Shown here one piece after another: positions 10,024 through 22,596 of a stretch of DNA of 64,000 bases (position 1 is its first letter; every line of letters starts with the position of its first letter). The translations under genes were made by a program, and so were the position numbers. The notes under the pieces are model-generated. The model was given only the letters and a program-made list of their open reading frames with translations, did not search any database and was not told where the DNA came from. Origin of the DNA: an uncultured Acidobacteriaceae bacterium. Lineage in GTDB: Bacteria > Acidobacteriota > Terriglobia > Terriglobales > Acidobacteriaceae. Location of the stretch: positions 212,206-276,205 of the forward strand of contig CAVYHM010000044.1 in assembly GCA_963768265.1 (NCBI GenBank), given 5' to 3'.

Positions 10024-10099
10024 ATCATCCGGACGGGTAGGAGTGCCCGCCACCATACGAGTAGCCCCGACCTTTTCTGAGTTCATCCGTCTGAACGAC

Positions 10100-11230
10100 A
10101 TGACAAGAACCTTGGCGTTTAGCTTGGGATTTCTTCTGACTGTTTGCGGATCACTGCCGGGACGAGCCCAGGCTGGCTCCGCGGCTCCAGACGACAGAAA
10201 GGATGGCTGGGTGACAGCTGCTCCAGAGTTTGCTGGCGTCACGACCAAGCCGTTGCGTGATATGGAGGCCGCGATTCACGCCGGGGACTTCAAAAAGATC
10301 GGCAGCGTGGTCGTGGCTCGGCACGGGAAGCTAGTCTACGAAGGATATTTTGAGGGAGATGCGGCGACCTTGCGCGATACCCGCTCGGCGACCAAGAGCA
10401 TCACTGATGTGCTGGTGGGAATTGCGATTCAGGAGAGGAAACTGAGTGGCGTGGACGCCCGCGTGCCGGCGTTGCTGCCCGAGCGCGCGCGGAAGATGCA
10501 GAACCCCGATGCGCGCAAAGACAAGATCACCGTGGAAGACTTTCTGACCATGTCGTCGCCGCTGGAGTGCGACGACTGGAACGATGCCTCTCGCGGCAAC
10601 GAAGAGCGCATGTACGTGATCGAGGACTGGGCGCAGTTCATTCTGGACTTGCCGGTGCGCGGACGTATGCATGTCGGCGACAAGGAGGAACCGCCGAAAT
10701 ATGGGCGGTATTTCAGCTATTGCACCGGTGGAGTGTTCGTTCTGAGCGAGGTATTGCAGAAGGCGACGGGACAGCGCACCGATCATTATGCGCAGGAAAA
10801 ACTATTCGGGCCGCTCGGAATTACCGACGCGCAGTGGTTCTTCTCGCCGCTCAACATTCCCCAGACCGGAGGCGGATTGCGCCTGACCACCCGTGATCTG
10901 CTGAAGATCGCGGAGTTGTATCGATCTGGTGGAATGTGGAATGGAAGACGCCTCGTCGAGGAAGCGTGGGTGAAAGCGTCGACTCAGCCCCACGCTCAGA
11001 TCGATGACCAGACCGAGTACGGCTACTTGTGGTGGCTAAAGACGTTCAAATCCGGAGAAAAGGGGTATCCCGCGTTTTACATGAACGGCAACGGCGGAAA
11101 CAAAGTCGCCGTATTCCCGGGACTTGATCTGGATGTCGTGATCACCAGCACGAACTACAACACGCGCGGGATGCACGAGCAGACAGAGAAACTGCTGACC
11201 GATTACATTTTGCCCGCGGTCGGGCCCTAG
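10100..11230 (+). CDS. Serine hydrolase (beta-lactamase / penicillin-binding family), secreted
   Basis: Signal peptide MTRTLAFSLGFLLTVCGSLPGRAQA and an SxxK motif (RSATKSITD). Start chosen at 10100 within ORF 9968..11230. Confidence 0.7.
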   Translation: MTRTLAFSLGFLLTVCGSLPGRAQAGSAAPDDRKDGWVTAAPEFAGVTTKPLRDMEAAIHAGDFKKIGSVVVARHGKLVYEGYFEGDAATLRDTRSATKSITDVLVGIAIQERKLSGVDARVPALLPERARKMQNPDARKDKITVEDFLTMSSPLECDDWNDASRGNEERMYVIEDWAQFILDLPVRGRMHVGDKEEPPKYGRYFSYCTGGVFVLSEVLQKATGQRTDHYAQEKLFGPLGITDAQWFFSPLNIPQTGGGLRLTTRDLLKIAELYRSGGMWNGRRLVEEAWVKASTQPHAQIDDQTEYGYLWWLKTFKSGEKGYPAFYMNGNGGNKVAVFPGLDLDVVITSTNYNTRGMHEQTEKLLTDYILPAVGP

Positions 11231-11351
11231 ACTCCGCGAGCAACGGTGCGAATTTTCTTCAGCAAAATTTTCTCTGCTGCGATGGCGTTCTTTTCTTGGC
11301 CGCTGCTTCATTCCCTGATAAAATTCTGAAAATCCACTCCCGGGAGCGAGA

Positions 11352-12482
11352 ATGCAAGCTATCCTTGCACTCGAAGACGGCCGCGTCTTCCGAGGCAAAG
11401 GCTACGGCGCCAAAGGCGAATGCTACGGCGAAGTCGTTTTCAATACTTCCATTACCGGCTACCAAGAAATCTTCACTGATCCTTCTTATTCCGGGCAGAT
11501 CGTCGTTCTGACCAATCCGGAAATCGGAAACTACGGCACCAACCAGGAAGACAACGAAGCCACGCGCCCGTGGATCGAGGGCTTGATCGTGCGCGAGTTC
11601 TCTCGCGTCAGTTCGAACTGGCGTTCACAGCAAGTGGCCGAAGAATATCTGGAGCAGTTCAAGGTGCCGGTGCTGTCGGATATCGACACGCGGGCGCTGG
11701 TGCGGCATCTGCGCGATCACGGCGTGATGCGCGGCGTGGTTTCGACGCTCGAGAGCGATGCCGACAAGCTGATCGCCAAGGCGCGGTCCATTCCGAAGAT
11801 GGATGGGACAGACCTGGCGAAAGAAGTCAGCACGAAGCGGCCGTACGTGTGGGAAGTCGGTGAGCGCTCGCATGAGCCGGTGGCTGTGGTGGGAGTGAAA
11901 GACGAACCGGCGCGCTTCCACGTCGTTGCCTACGATTTCGGAATCAAGCAGAACATTTTGCGCAAGCTGCGCGGCGAAGGCTGCAAGGTGACCGTCGTGC
12001 CCGCCCAGACGCCGCCCGAGGATGTGCTGGCGTTAAAGCCCGACGGAGTTTTCCTGTCGAACGGCCCTGGCGACCCGGAGCCGTGCACGTATGCGGTCGA
12101 CGCGATTCGGCGGTTGATGGGACGGCAGCCGATCTTCGGTATTTGTTTAGGGCATCAGCTCACCGGGATCGCTCTGGGCGGCAAAACCTTCAAGCTAAAG
12201 TTTGGACATCACGGCGGAAATCATCCGGTAAAGCAGTTGAAGACCGGGAAGATCGAAATCACGGCGCATAACCATAACTTCGCCGTCGATCCCGATTCGC
12301 TCCCCGACAGCGAAGTCGAGCTGACACACGTCGACCTGAACGACCAGACCCTCGAAGGTCTGCGCCACCGGAATCTGCCCCTGTTCAGCGTGCAATATCA
12401 CCCGGAAGCCGCGCCGGGGCCACACGATTCGCACTATCTGTTCAAAGAATTCACGAAGATGATGGAGGAGTGGAAGGGGTGA
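11352..12482 (+). CDS. carA: Carbamoyl-phosphate synthase small (glutaminase) subunit
   Basis: [20 protein letters not shown]... N-terminus, GICLGHQL catalytic Cys, and HNH...P triad region. Confidence 0.95.
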   Translation: MQAILALEDGRVFRGKGYGAKGECYGEVVFNTSITGYQEIFTDPSYSGQIVVLTNPEIGNYGTNQEDNEATRPWIEGLIVREFSRVSSNWRSQQVAEEYLEQFKVPVLSDIDTRALVRHLRDHGVMRGVVSTLESDADKLIAKARSIPKMDGTDLAKEVSTKRPYVWEVGERSHEPVAVVGVKDEPARFHVVAYDFGIKQNILRKLRGEGCKVTVVPAQTPPEDVLALKPDGVFLSNGPGDPEPCTYAVDAIRRLMGRQPIFGICLGHQLTGIALGGKTFKLKFGHHGGNHPVKQLKTGKIEITAHNHNFAVDPDSLPDSEVELTHVDLNDQTLEGLRHRNLPLFSVQYHPEAAPGPHDSHYLFKEFTKMMEEWKG

Positions 12483-13255
12483 AAGTCCAGTACAACAAGT
12501 CGTGCATTGGGCGAACTCCCGCGGTGTGTGCTGCGATATTCATTGCGTTCGCGACCATTAAAATGTCAGCGGCATCGTGCGTCACCGAGCTAAACAAGAT
12601 TGCAGGGACTGACCAAGGTCGTGTGATGGGATCTCGTGGCGAGATAATCGCAGGCGCTCGGGTTACGGTTACTTCTTCCTCTGAAGACAAGATTTTTCAA
12701 ACCAAGTCTGGACGCGACGGCCTATTTCGGCTTGCGATAAATCCGGGGAAATACCGGGTCGAAGTAGAAGCTGAAGGATATCTTCGATTCATATACATTG
12801 TTGATCTTCGGTCCGCAGTTGCGGCTGGACCGCTCGATGTAGCCCTTCGAGGCATCAGTGATTGCCATGACATGAGTGTGACCTCGGAGCAAGGTGCTGA
12901 GGTTAACTGCAGCTCTGAAGTACCGCTTCCAAATCTCATTCTTCGAACGCCGACAACAATCAGCGGCAACGTGAAAGATGAGACAGGCGCCGCGTTCAAG
13001 GACTCAGAGATCGTTCTCAGGAAAACATCTGCTATTCCGCTTCAGCCCTCGTATTTGTTTGCGAAGACAAACGCCGATGGTACTTTTAGCTTCGATGAAG
13101 CCGAACAAGGGGAGTATCGACTATTAGTCTCGCCGAGCCGCGCATTCGCCCAGCCCGCAAAGCTTGACTGTTATGAGAGGCGAGACTGCAACCTTGAAAT
13201 CATTCTCAAAGCAAACGGCACTGATGGTCCTTACGCCAGTTGCCCTGTGCGATGA
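12479..13255 (+). CDS. Secreted protein with two CarboxypepD_reg-like domains, inserted between carA and carB
   Basis: GTG at 12479 overlaps the carA stop (GTGA). It has a signal-like N-terminus and two segments of the type GxV.D..G..I.GA.V.L....F.T.T...G.F....PGKY.L (IAGARVTVTSS...GKYRVEVEAEGY; ISGNVKDETGAAF...GEYRLLV). The start is uncertain (12470 or 12479). Confidence 0.55.
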   Translation: MKVQYNKSCIGRTPAVCAAIFIAFATIKMSAASCVTELNKIAGTDQGRVMGSRGEIIAGARVTVTSSSEDKIFQTKSGRDGLFRLAINPGKYRVEVEAEGYLRFIYIVDLRSAVAAGPLDVALRGISDCHDMSVTSEQGAEVNCSSEVPLPNLILRTPTTISGNVKDETGAAFKDSEIVLRKTSAIPLQPSYLFAKTNADGTFSFDEAEQGEYRLLVSPSRAFAQPAKLDCYERRDCNLEIILKANGTDGPYASCPVR

Positions 13256-13269
13256 GCAAATGACAAAAA

Positions 13270-16572
<3,303 letters not shown>

Positions 16573-16637
16573 ATGGCCACGGCTCGCTTTCATCCCTCAG
16601 GGGCCGTAGTATCCTAACCATTGGAGGCCATCCGCAT

Positions 16638-17705
16638 ATGCTCCTGCACGGCATTCTTCCTCCCATCACGACTCCGTTCTATCCCGACGGCAACATTTAC
16701 TTCAAAAAGCTCGAATCGAACGTGGAGCGCTATTCGCGCACGCCAGTTAGCGGGATCGTTGTGCTCGGTTCGACTGGCGAGGCGATCCTGCTCTCCGACC
16801 AGGAGCGGCGCGACGTGCTGAAGGCAGCAGGCGAGGCGACAGCACCCAATAAGGTTCTAATTGCCGGGACGGGCATCGAGTCTGCCATCGAGACGCTGCG
16901 GCTCACCGAGTATGCCGCCGAACTCGGGTACGACGTGGCTATGGTCCGGACGCCGCACTACTACAAGAAGCAGATGCAGGCGCCGAACCTTCTAGCGTTC
17001 TATCGCACGGTGGCCGACCGCTCGCCGCTGCCCGTCATCATTTACAACTTCCCGCAGGCCACCGGATACGACATGCCCGCCGAAGTCGTTATCGAACTGG
17101 CCGAGCACCCGAACCTGATTGGCATCAAGGAATCGAGCGGCGACGTGGAGAAGGTCCGCAAGATAGTAGAAGGCACGCGCCACATTAAGCGGAGCGCGAC
17201 GGTCACCGAGACTTTCGACGCAGTTACACCGCGCATGCTGGCGGCCGCGAGCTCGGCCAGTGAGGGCGGGGAATTAGTGCAGGTGGGCGCGCTGTCGTTG
17301 GCGTCGGCTCCCCAACCTTCTTCGTCGTCTGTCACGGTTGTAGGCAAGTTGAAAACGCGTCAGAAGGAAGTCGGGTTCCAGGTGCTGGTCGGCGCCGCGC
17401 ACAAGCTGCAGCCTTCACTCGATGCCGGAGCGGTCGGAGCGATCCTGGCTTTCGCCTGTCCGGCGCCCACTGCCTGCTATGAGATCTATGCTGCGTGGAA
17501 GGAGGGCGACGCAGAACTCGCCCGTCTCAAACAGGAACGAATTGCGAAGGCCGCGCAGCGCGTCGGCGATCTCGGTGTTCCCGGATTCAAGTACGGTATG
17601 GACTTCAACGGCTATTTCGGCGGCCCATCGCGGTTACCATTCCTTCCGCTGACCGCTGACCTGAAAGCAGAAATAGAGCACGCCCTGGCCGACATAAGGA
17701 ACTGA
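16638..17705 (+). CDS. Dihydrodipicolinate synthase / N-acetylneuraminate lyase family protein with a ~60-aa internal insertion
   Basis: TPF...G, VLGSTGE and IGIKESSGD (Schiff-base Lys) motifs. There is an extra low-complexity block (SATVTETF...SSSSVTVVGKLKTRQKE) before the GFQVLVG segment. Confidence 0.7.
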   Translation: MLLHGILPPITTPFYPDGNIYFKKLESNVERYSRTPVSGIVVLGSTGEAILLSDQERRDVLKAAGEATAPNKVLIAGTGIESAIETLRLTEYAAELGYDVAMVRTPHYYKKQMQAPNLLAFYRTVADRSPLPVIIYNFPQATGYDMPAEVVIELAEHPNLIGIKESSGDVEKVRKIVEGTRHIKRSATVTETFDAVTPRMLAAASSASEGGELVQVGALSLASAPQPSSSSVTVVGKLKTRQKEVGFQVLVGAAHKLQPSLDAGAVGAILAFACPAPTACYEIYAAWKEGDAELARLKQERIAKAAQRVGDLGVPGFKYGMDFNGYFGGPSRLPFLPLTADLKAEIEHALADIRN

Positions 17706-17717
17706 GGCTTCACCCCG

Positions 17718-18113
17718 TTGACGCACGAAAAGTCCTCGCGCCCGAATCTGCCTCCTGTGTCTGAGCAGATGAAAGCCTGGTCCGCGGCTTTAGCGAGCGA
17801 GATCAGCGGCTGGCCGCAGGTCGCGTCGAGAGCCTTCTTCGGACTCACAGCCCTTTATCGCAAAGACAAAATCTTCGCCGTGCTGCCCCGCAGCCGAGGT
17901 ATGGGAACGGCAAACTCATTCGGGTTCAAATTCGAGACTGCGCCCACGAGTCTGCTCGACCAATTGGACAAGGATTCCCGCATCGGCTCTACCCGGATGC
18001 AGAAGGCGTGCTGGTTCACGTTTGAACTCTCCTCCGACGCGGATCTCCACGAGGGTCTTGAGTGGCTCTCTAGGGCTTACCAAGCCGCGGGCAAGACTAA
18101 GAAATCACAGTAG
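17718..18113 (+). CDS. Hypothetical protein
   Basis: 131-aa ORF from TTG. An alternative ATG at 17769 gives MKAWSAALASEISGW.... No confident family assignment. Confidence 0.4.
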   Translation: MTHEKSSRPNLPPVSEQMKAWSAALASEISGWPQVASRAFFGLTALYRKDKIFAVLPRSRGMGTANSFGFKFETAPTSLLDQLDKDSRIGSTRMQKACWFTFELSSDADLHEGLEWLSRAYQAAGKTKKSQ

Positions 18114-18156
18114 TTGCCGGTGACTTGTGATCAGAATCACATCAGGCGTATACTGC

Positions 18157-18176
18157 ATTCGAACGAACGTTCGAAT
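18157..18176. promoter_or_regulatory. Perfect 9-2-9 palindrome, candidate TetR operator
   Basis: The sequence attcgaacg aa cgttcgaat sits 10 nt upstream of the tetR ATG at 18186. Confidence 0.45.
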
Positions 18177-18185
18177 TAATTGGTT

Positions 18186-18863
18186 ATGGCCACGCTTTCG
18201 ACTGCTGGACGAATTTCCGTGCGCCGTCACTCCGCGGCGCTTGCTCCAGCCACGCGCTACGATCGACGCCTCGCGGAGATCCTGATTCACGCCACCGAGG
18301 TCTTTTGCAAGAAGGGATACGAGGGCGCTTCGATGCGCGACCTTTCCCGCGCCAGTGGCATGTCGCTTGCCGGTCTGTACTATTACTTCGAATCCAAAGA
18401 ACGGCTGTTGTTCGTGATCCAGAAGCACACGTTTACGACGATTGTAGAGAGACTCAAGGCGCGACTGGAAGGCGTGAGTGATACGGAAGAACGCATCCGA
18501 ATTTTCATCCTCAACCACCTCGAATATTTCCTAGCCAACCAGGCGGCCATGAAGGTCCTCTCACACGAGGCGGAGGTACTGAAGAACGGATTCGCAGAGG
18601 AAGTGGCCGCTATCAAGCGCGAGTACTATCGCATTTGCGTAGGCCTGCTCGACGACCTGAAGGGCGAGCGGGACTTGCAGTTCTCGACCCGGATCGCTGT
18701 TCTCAGTCTGTTCGGCATGATGAACTGGATCTACACCTGGCACAACCCGCGCGTGGATGCCGACGCTGTCTCCATGGCCCGCGAGATGGCCGACATTTTT
18801 TTGCGCGGGGTCGTGACGCCGGCGAAGGCGCGCAAGGACAAGGACAAAGACAAAGAGCGGTGA
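18186..18863 (+). CDS. TetR/AcrR family transcriptional regulator
   Basis: HTH region ILIHATEVFCKKGYEGASMRDLSRASGMSLAGLYYYFESKERLL. ATG at 18186, just inside the TTG ORF start at 18180. Confidence 0.85.
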   Translation: MATLSTAGRISVRRHSAALAPATRYDRRLAEILIHATEVFCKKGYEGASMRDLSRASGMSLAGLYYYFESKERLLFVIQKHTFTTIVERLKARLEGVSDTEERIRIFILNHLEYFLANQAAMKVLSHEAEVLKNGFAEEVAAIKREYYRICVGLLDDLKGERDLQFSTRIAVLSLFGMMNWIYTWHNPRVDADAVSMAREMADIFLRGVVTPAKARKDKDKDKER

Positions 18864-18916
18864 GGCGAACCGGGCATCAATTCGATTTCTGACATTCCCA
18901 GCAAGGAGTCTTTGAC

Positions 18917-19738
18917 ATGGCGACCACAATGCAGCCCGCGACCGGCGAAACCACGAAACAACTGATCAACTACCGCACCGATGGCGGCATCGGCGTGATT
19001 GAGATGTGCGATCCGCCCGCCAACACGTACACCTATGTAATGAATCGGCAGCTCGATGACGCGATCCTCAAGGCGCGCATGGACAACGACGTCTACGTGA
19101 TCGTGCTGACAGGTGCGGGCGACAAGTTCTTCTCCGCCGGCGCCAACATCAATATGCTTGCCAGCGTCGATCCCACGTTCAAGTACTACTTCTGCCTGCA
19201 TGCCAACGAAATGCTGCTGCGTCTGGAACACACGCCCAAGTTGGTGATTGCCGCGATCAACGGCCACTGCGTGGGTGGTGGGCTGGAGATCGCGATGGCC
19301 GCGGACATTCGCATCGCGCGCAAAGATGCCGGCAAGATTGGCCTGCCGGAAGTGAACCTGGGCGTACTTCCCGGCACCGGCGGCACGCAGCGCCTCTCGC
19401 GGATGGTGGGGAAGAGTAAGGCCATCGAACTGATGGTGACCGGCAACACGTTCTCGTTCGAAGAGGCGCAGGAACTCGGCATCGTCAACGACATCTTCGA
19501 GCGCGACGGCTTCATGGAAAACATCATGGAGTACGCCAAACAGTTCTGTCCGCCTAACAAAGCTTCGAAGGCCGTCGGACGAATCAAGCGCGCCGTGCAG
19601 ACGGGCTGGGAGATTCCGATGGAATCGGCGCTGGCGGTCGAACGCGAGAACCAGCAGTTGCTATTCCAAAGCGAGGACGCGAAGGAGGGACTGGCTGCTT
19701 ACGTGGAGAAGCGGCCAGCGATCTTCAAGGCGAAGTAA
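18917..19738 (+). CDS. Enoyl-CoA hydratase/isomerase (crotonase) family protein
   Basis: Crotonase core FFSAGANI...INGHCVGGGLEIAMAADIRIA...GLPEVNLGVLPGTGGTQRL. Confidence 0.85.
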   Translation: MATTMQPATGETTKQLINYRTDGGIGVIEMCDPPANTYTYVMNRQLDDAILKARMDNDVYVIVLTGAGDKFFSAGANINMLASVDPTFKYYFCLHANEMLLRLEHTPKLVIAAINGHCVGGGLEIAMAADIRIARKDAGKIGLPEVNLGVLPGTGGTQRLSRMVGKSKAIELMVTGNTFSFEEAQELGIVNDIFERDGFMENIMEYAKQFCPPNKASKAVGRIKRAVQTGWEIPMESALAVERENQQLLFQSEDAKEGLAAYVEKRPAIFKAK

Positions 19739-19821
19739 GTCGGTGACGTGAGACTGGCAGCGTGTGGGGACGGCACTCCTGCCCGTCCGCCGAGCGAGGC
19801 TCGGCTCTGTGATGAGGATAA

Positions 19822-21291
19822 ATGATGCTTGCGGCGACCAAAGTTAGTCTGAAGCCCGGCAGGCTACTAATCGACGGCGCGTGGGTCGAGGGAGAGAAGA
19901 CCTTCGACACCATCAATCCCGCTACGGGCGAAGTGCTCACGCAAATCGCGGAAGGCACGCCCGCTGACGTGGACCGTGCCGTCAATGCTGCGCGCCGTGC
20001 CTTCGAAGACCGCGGCGGTCCCTGGCGCAAACTCTCGGCCAGCGAGCGCGGACGCCTGATCTGGAAGCTTGCCGATCTCGTGGAGAAAAACATCGAGGAG
20101 CTGACCGAACTGGAAACCCTCGACAACGGCAAGCCAATTTTTGAATCGCGCTATGTCGACCTGCCGATGGTGATCGACGTTCTGCGCTATTACGCAGGCC
20201 TGGCGACGAAAATTCACGGTGAGACTGTCAACACGCTTGAGACCGCGTTTACGTATACGCTCCGCGAGCCGGTCGGTGTAGTTGGTCTGATTGTTCCGTG
20301 GAATTTCCCGCTTTTGCTTGCATCGTGGAAGGTCGGACCGGCTCTGGCGTGTGGCAATACGATTCTTCTCAAGCCTGCCGAACAGACCCCGCTGACGACG
20401 CTGAGATTTGGAGAACTTGTCATCGAGGCCGGTTTTGCGCCAGGCGTGGTTAACATTCTGACCGGCGGGCCGGAGACGGGCAGGGCGATCGTCGCGCATC
20501 CCGGTATCGACAAGATCGCTTTCACCGGCTCAACCGCTGTTGGCAGAGAAATCATGCGCGGTGCGGCCGATACGCTGAAGCGCGTGACCTTGGAACTCGG
20601 AGGCAAGTCACCGAATATCGTATTCGCTGACTCCGATATCGATAGCGCGGTGAAGGGTGCGATTAACGGCATTTTCTACGGGAAGGGCGAAGTCTGCAAT
20701 GCGGGCTCGCGGCTATTCCTTGAGAGCAAGCTAAAAGACGAATTCAATGAAAAACTCATAGCCCGCGCTTCGAAGATGCGGCCGGCCGATCCGCTCGATC
20801 CGAAGACGCGGCTGGGGGCCATCGTCAGCCAGGAGCAGATGCAGACCGTGCTGGAATATATCGAAGCCGGCAAGCAGGACGGCGCCAGGCTAGTCGCAGG
20901 CGGTAACCGAGTCGCGGTCGACGGTAATAAAGGATTCTTCATCGAGCCAACAATTTTCGGCGACGTGCAAAACGACATGAAGATTGCCCGCGAAGAAATC
21001 TTCGGTCCTGTACTTTCCGTGCTCACCTTCGATGATCTGGACGAAGTCATCGAGCAGGCGAACAACAATCCGTACGGGCTAGCGGCGGCAGTCTGGACCC
21101 GCGACGTGAAAAAGGCGCACACCGTCTCGCGCCGGCTCAAGGCGGGAACCGTATGGATCAATACCTACGGCCTTATGGACGCGTCGCTCCCGTTTGGCGG
21201 ATACAAGAGCTCCGGCTTCGGCCGCGAATTGGGCGCGCACGCGATGGAACATTACACCGAGTTGAAAACAGTTTGGTTGAACATGGGATAG
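19822..21291 (+). CDS. NAD(P)-dependent aldehyde dehydrogenase (general ALDH family)
   Basis: VPWNFPLL, KPAEQTPL, FTGST, LELGGKSP (catalytic Glu), GEVCNAGSR (catalytic Cys), EEIFGPV. Confidence 0.9.
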   Translation: MMLAATKVSLKPGRLLIDGAWVEGEKTFDTINPATGEVLTQIAEGTPADVDRAVNAARRAFEDRGGPWRKLSASERGRLIWKLADLVEKNIEELTELETLDNGKPIFESRYVDLPMVIDVLRYYAGLATKIHGETVNTLETAFTYTLREPVGVVGLIVPWNFPLLLASWKVGPALACGNTILLKPAEQTPLTTLRFGELVIEAGFAPGVVNILTGGPETGRAIVAHPGIDKIAFTGSTAVGREIMRGAADTLKRVTLELGGKSPNIVFADSDIDSAVKGAINGIFYGKGEVCNAGSRLFLESKLKDEFNEKLIARASKMRPADPLDPKTRLGAIVSQEQMQTVLEYIEAGKQDGARLVAGGNRVAVDGNKGFFIEPTIFGDVQNDMKIAREEIFGPVLSVLTFDDLDEVIEQANNNPYGLAAAVWTRDVKKAHTVSRRLKAGTVWINTYGLMDASLPFGGYKSSGFGRELGAHAMEHYTELKTVWLNMG

Positions 21292-21339
21292 TTAACACTC
21301 CGGCTGAGTGCTAGTTGCCGGTAAGGGCAACCTGCGGGA

Positions 21340-22533
21340 GTGAATGAGGTCAAGATTATGCCGGGCAAAGTCGCAAAAATCGGAACGTTTAGTGAATGGA
21401 TGGGTCTGTTCAACGATTGGCGCAAGGAAATCGGGGTCAACACTGATGATATCGAAGCCTTCCACTTCGACACGCTTTACGGAGCGATCGAAACGGAAGA
21501 GATCGAGTTTGGCTCCTACAAAGGCCGGCGTAAGTGGGAGAACCTGCGCCAGATCCCCACGCAGCAGATGCGCGACGCGCTGATGAACATGATCGTCTAC
21601 CAGGGCGACACCGAATTTGCCAGTGTCGAACAGCAGCGCAACCTATTGCAGAATGCTCCGACCGACTGGGACCGCCGCGCCATCACCCGCGTCATGATCG
21701 AAGAGATGCGCCACGGCTGGCAGATGTGCGCCCTCTTGGTCGACCACTTCGGCTACTCCGGCAAGGTGGAAGCGCAGAAGATGCTGGAGCGGCGGGCCTT
21801 TGACAATCAGCGTCTACTCGGCGCGTTCAATGTGGACGTTGACAACTGGATGGATTTTTTCACCTACACCGACTTCGTCGACCGCGATGGTAAGTTCCAG
21901 TTGCAGATGCTGAAGTACTCGGCCTTTGCCCCGCTTGGCCGCTCCATGTCCTACATGTTGCGCGAAGAGGCCTTCCACATGGGCGCCGGCAACGATGGGC
22001 TCCGCCGCATCGTGGAGGCGGGCGTGATCCCGCCGTGGTTGATTCAGAAGTATCTCAACAAATGGATTTCGTGTTCCTACGATCTGTTCGGCACCGACCA
22101 TTCTTCTTCGGCGCACTGGGCCTACGTTTGGGGCGTGAAAGGTCGCTATGACGAACCCAAGAATGAGCAGGCCCCCGATCTCGACGATCTGAATGACTAC
22201 AACCGTAACCTTTATCGGGATGAAGTTTCCGGACTGATCGAGCGTTTCAACGGCTCGCTTGATCCGGCTGCGCCGAAGCTTTACGCGCCGCACATCAAGT
22301 TCAATCGCGCGATTGGCCGCTGGGCCGGGCAGAAATTCCACGCTCAGACTGGCGACCCGCTCGACGATCGCGACTACGAGCAGCATTTCAAAGAATCCAT
22401 GCCGTCCGCCGAGGACAAGAAATTGCTGCTCGACATCATCGACGCGGAGAAGAAGTGGATTGCCGAAAAGACCGGGGCTCGCGACCCGTTGTCCACGATT
22501 GGAGAAGTGCGGAAGTCTGCGATCAACCTGTAG
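21340..22533 (+). CDS. BoxB/PaaA-family diiron acyl-CoA oxygenase-like protein (short form)
   Basis: Two ExxH motifs (IEEMRH, REEAFH), each preceded at about 29 residues by an acidic ligand candidate (GDTE, VDRDG). The blocks QGDTEFASVEQQR and DRDGKFQLQML match my memory of benzoyl-CoA epoxidase BoxB. The start is GTG 21340 or ATG 21358. Confidence 0.6.
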   Translation: MNEVKIMPGKVAKIGTFSEWMGLFNDWRKEIGVNTDDIEAFHFDTLYGAIETEEIEFGSYKGRRKWENLRQIPTQQMRDALMNMIVYQGDTEFASVEQQRNLLQNAPTDWDRRAITRVMIEEMRHGWQMCALLVDHFGYSGKVEAQKMLERRAFDNQRLLGAFNVDVDNWMDFFTYTDFVDRDGKFQLQMLKYSAFAPLGRSMSYMLREEAFHMGAGNDGLRRIVEAGVIPPWLIQKYLNKWISCSYDLFGTDHSSSAHWAYVWGVKGRYDEPKNEQAPDLDDLNDYNRNLYRDEVSGLIERFNGSLDPAAPKLYAPHIKFNRAIGRWAGQKFHAQTGDPLDDRDYEQHFKESMPSAEDKKLLLDIIDAEKKWIAEKTGARDPLSTIGEVRKSAINL

Positions 22534-22596
22534 CAGGGTGCATGGAATGTTTGGGAAGAGCACGGCTTGAGGCTGTGTGCAAGGAACTCTAACGAT

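Noticed and set aside
18833-18863. A KDKDKDKER codon repeat at the TetR C-terminus
   Set aside because: It is a short low-complexity tail (aaggacaaggacaaagacaaa) with no evidence of function or instability.
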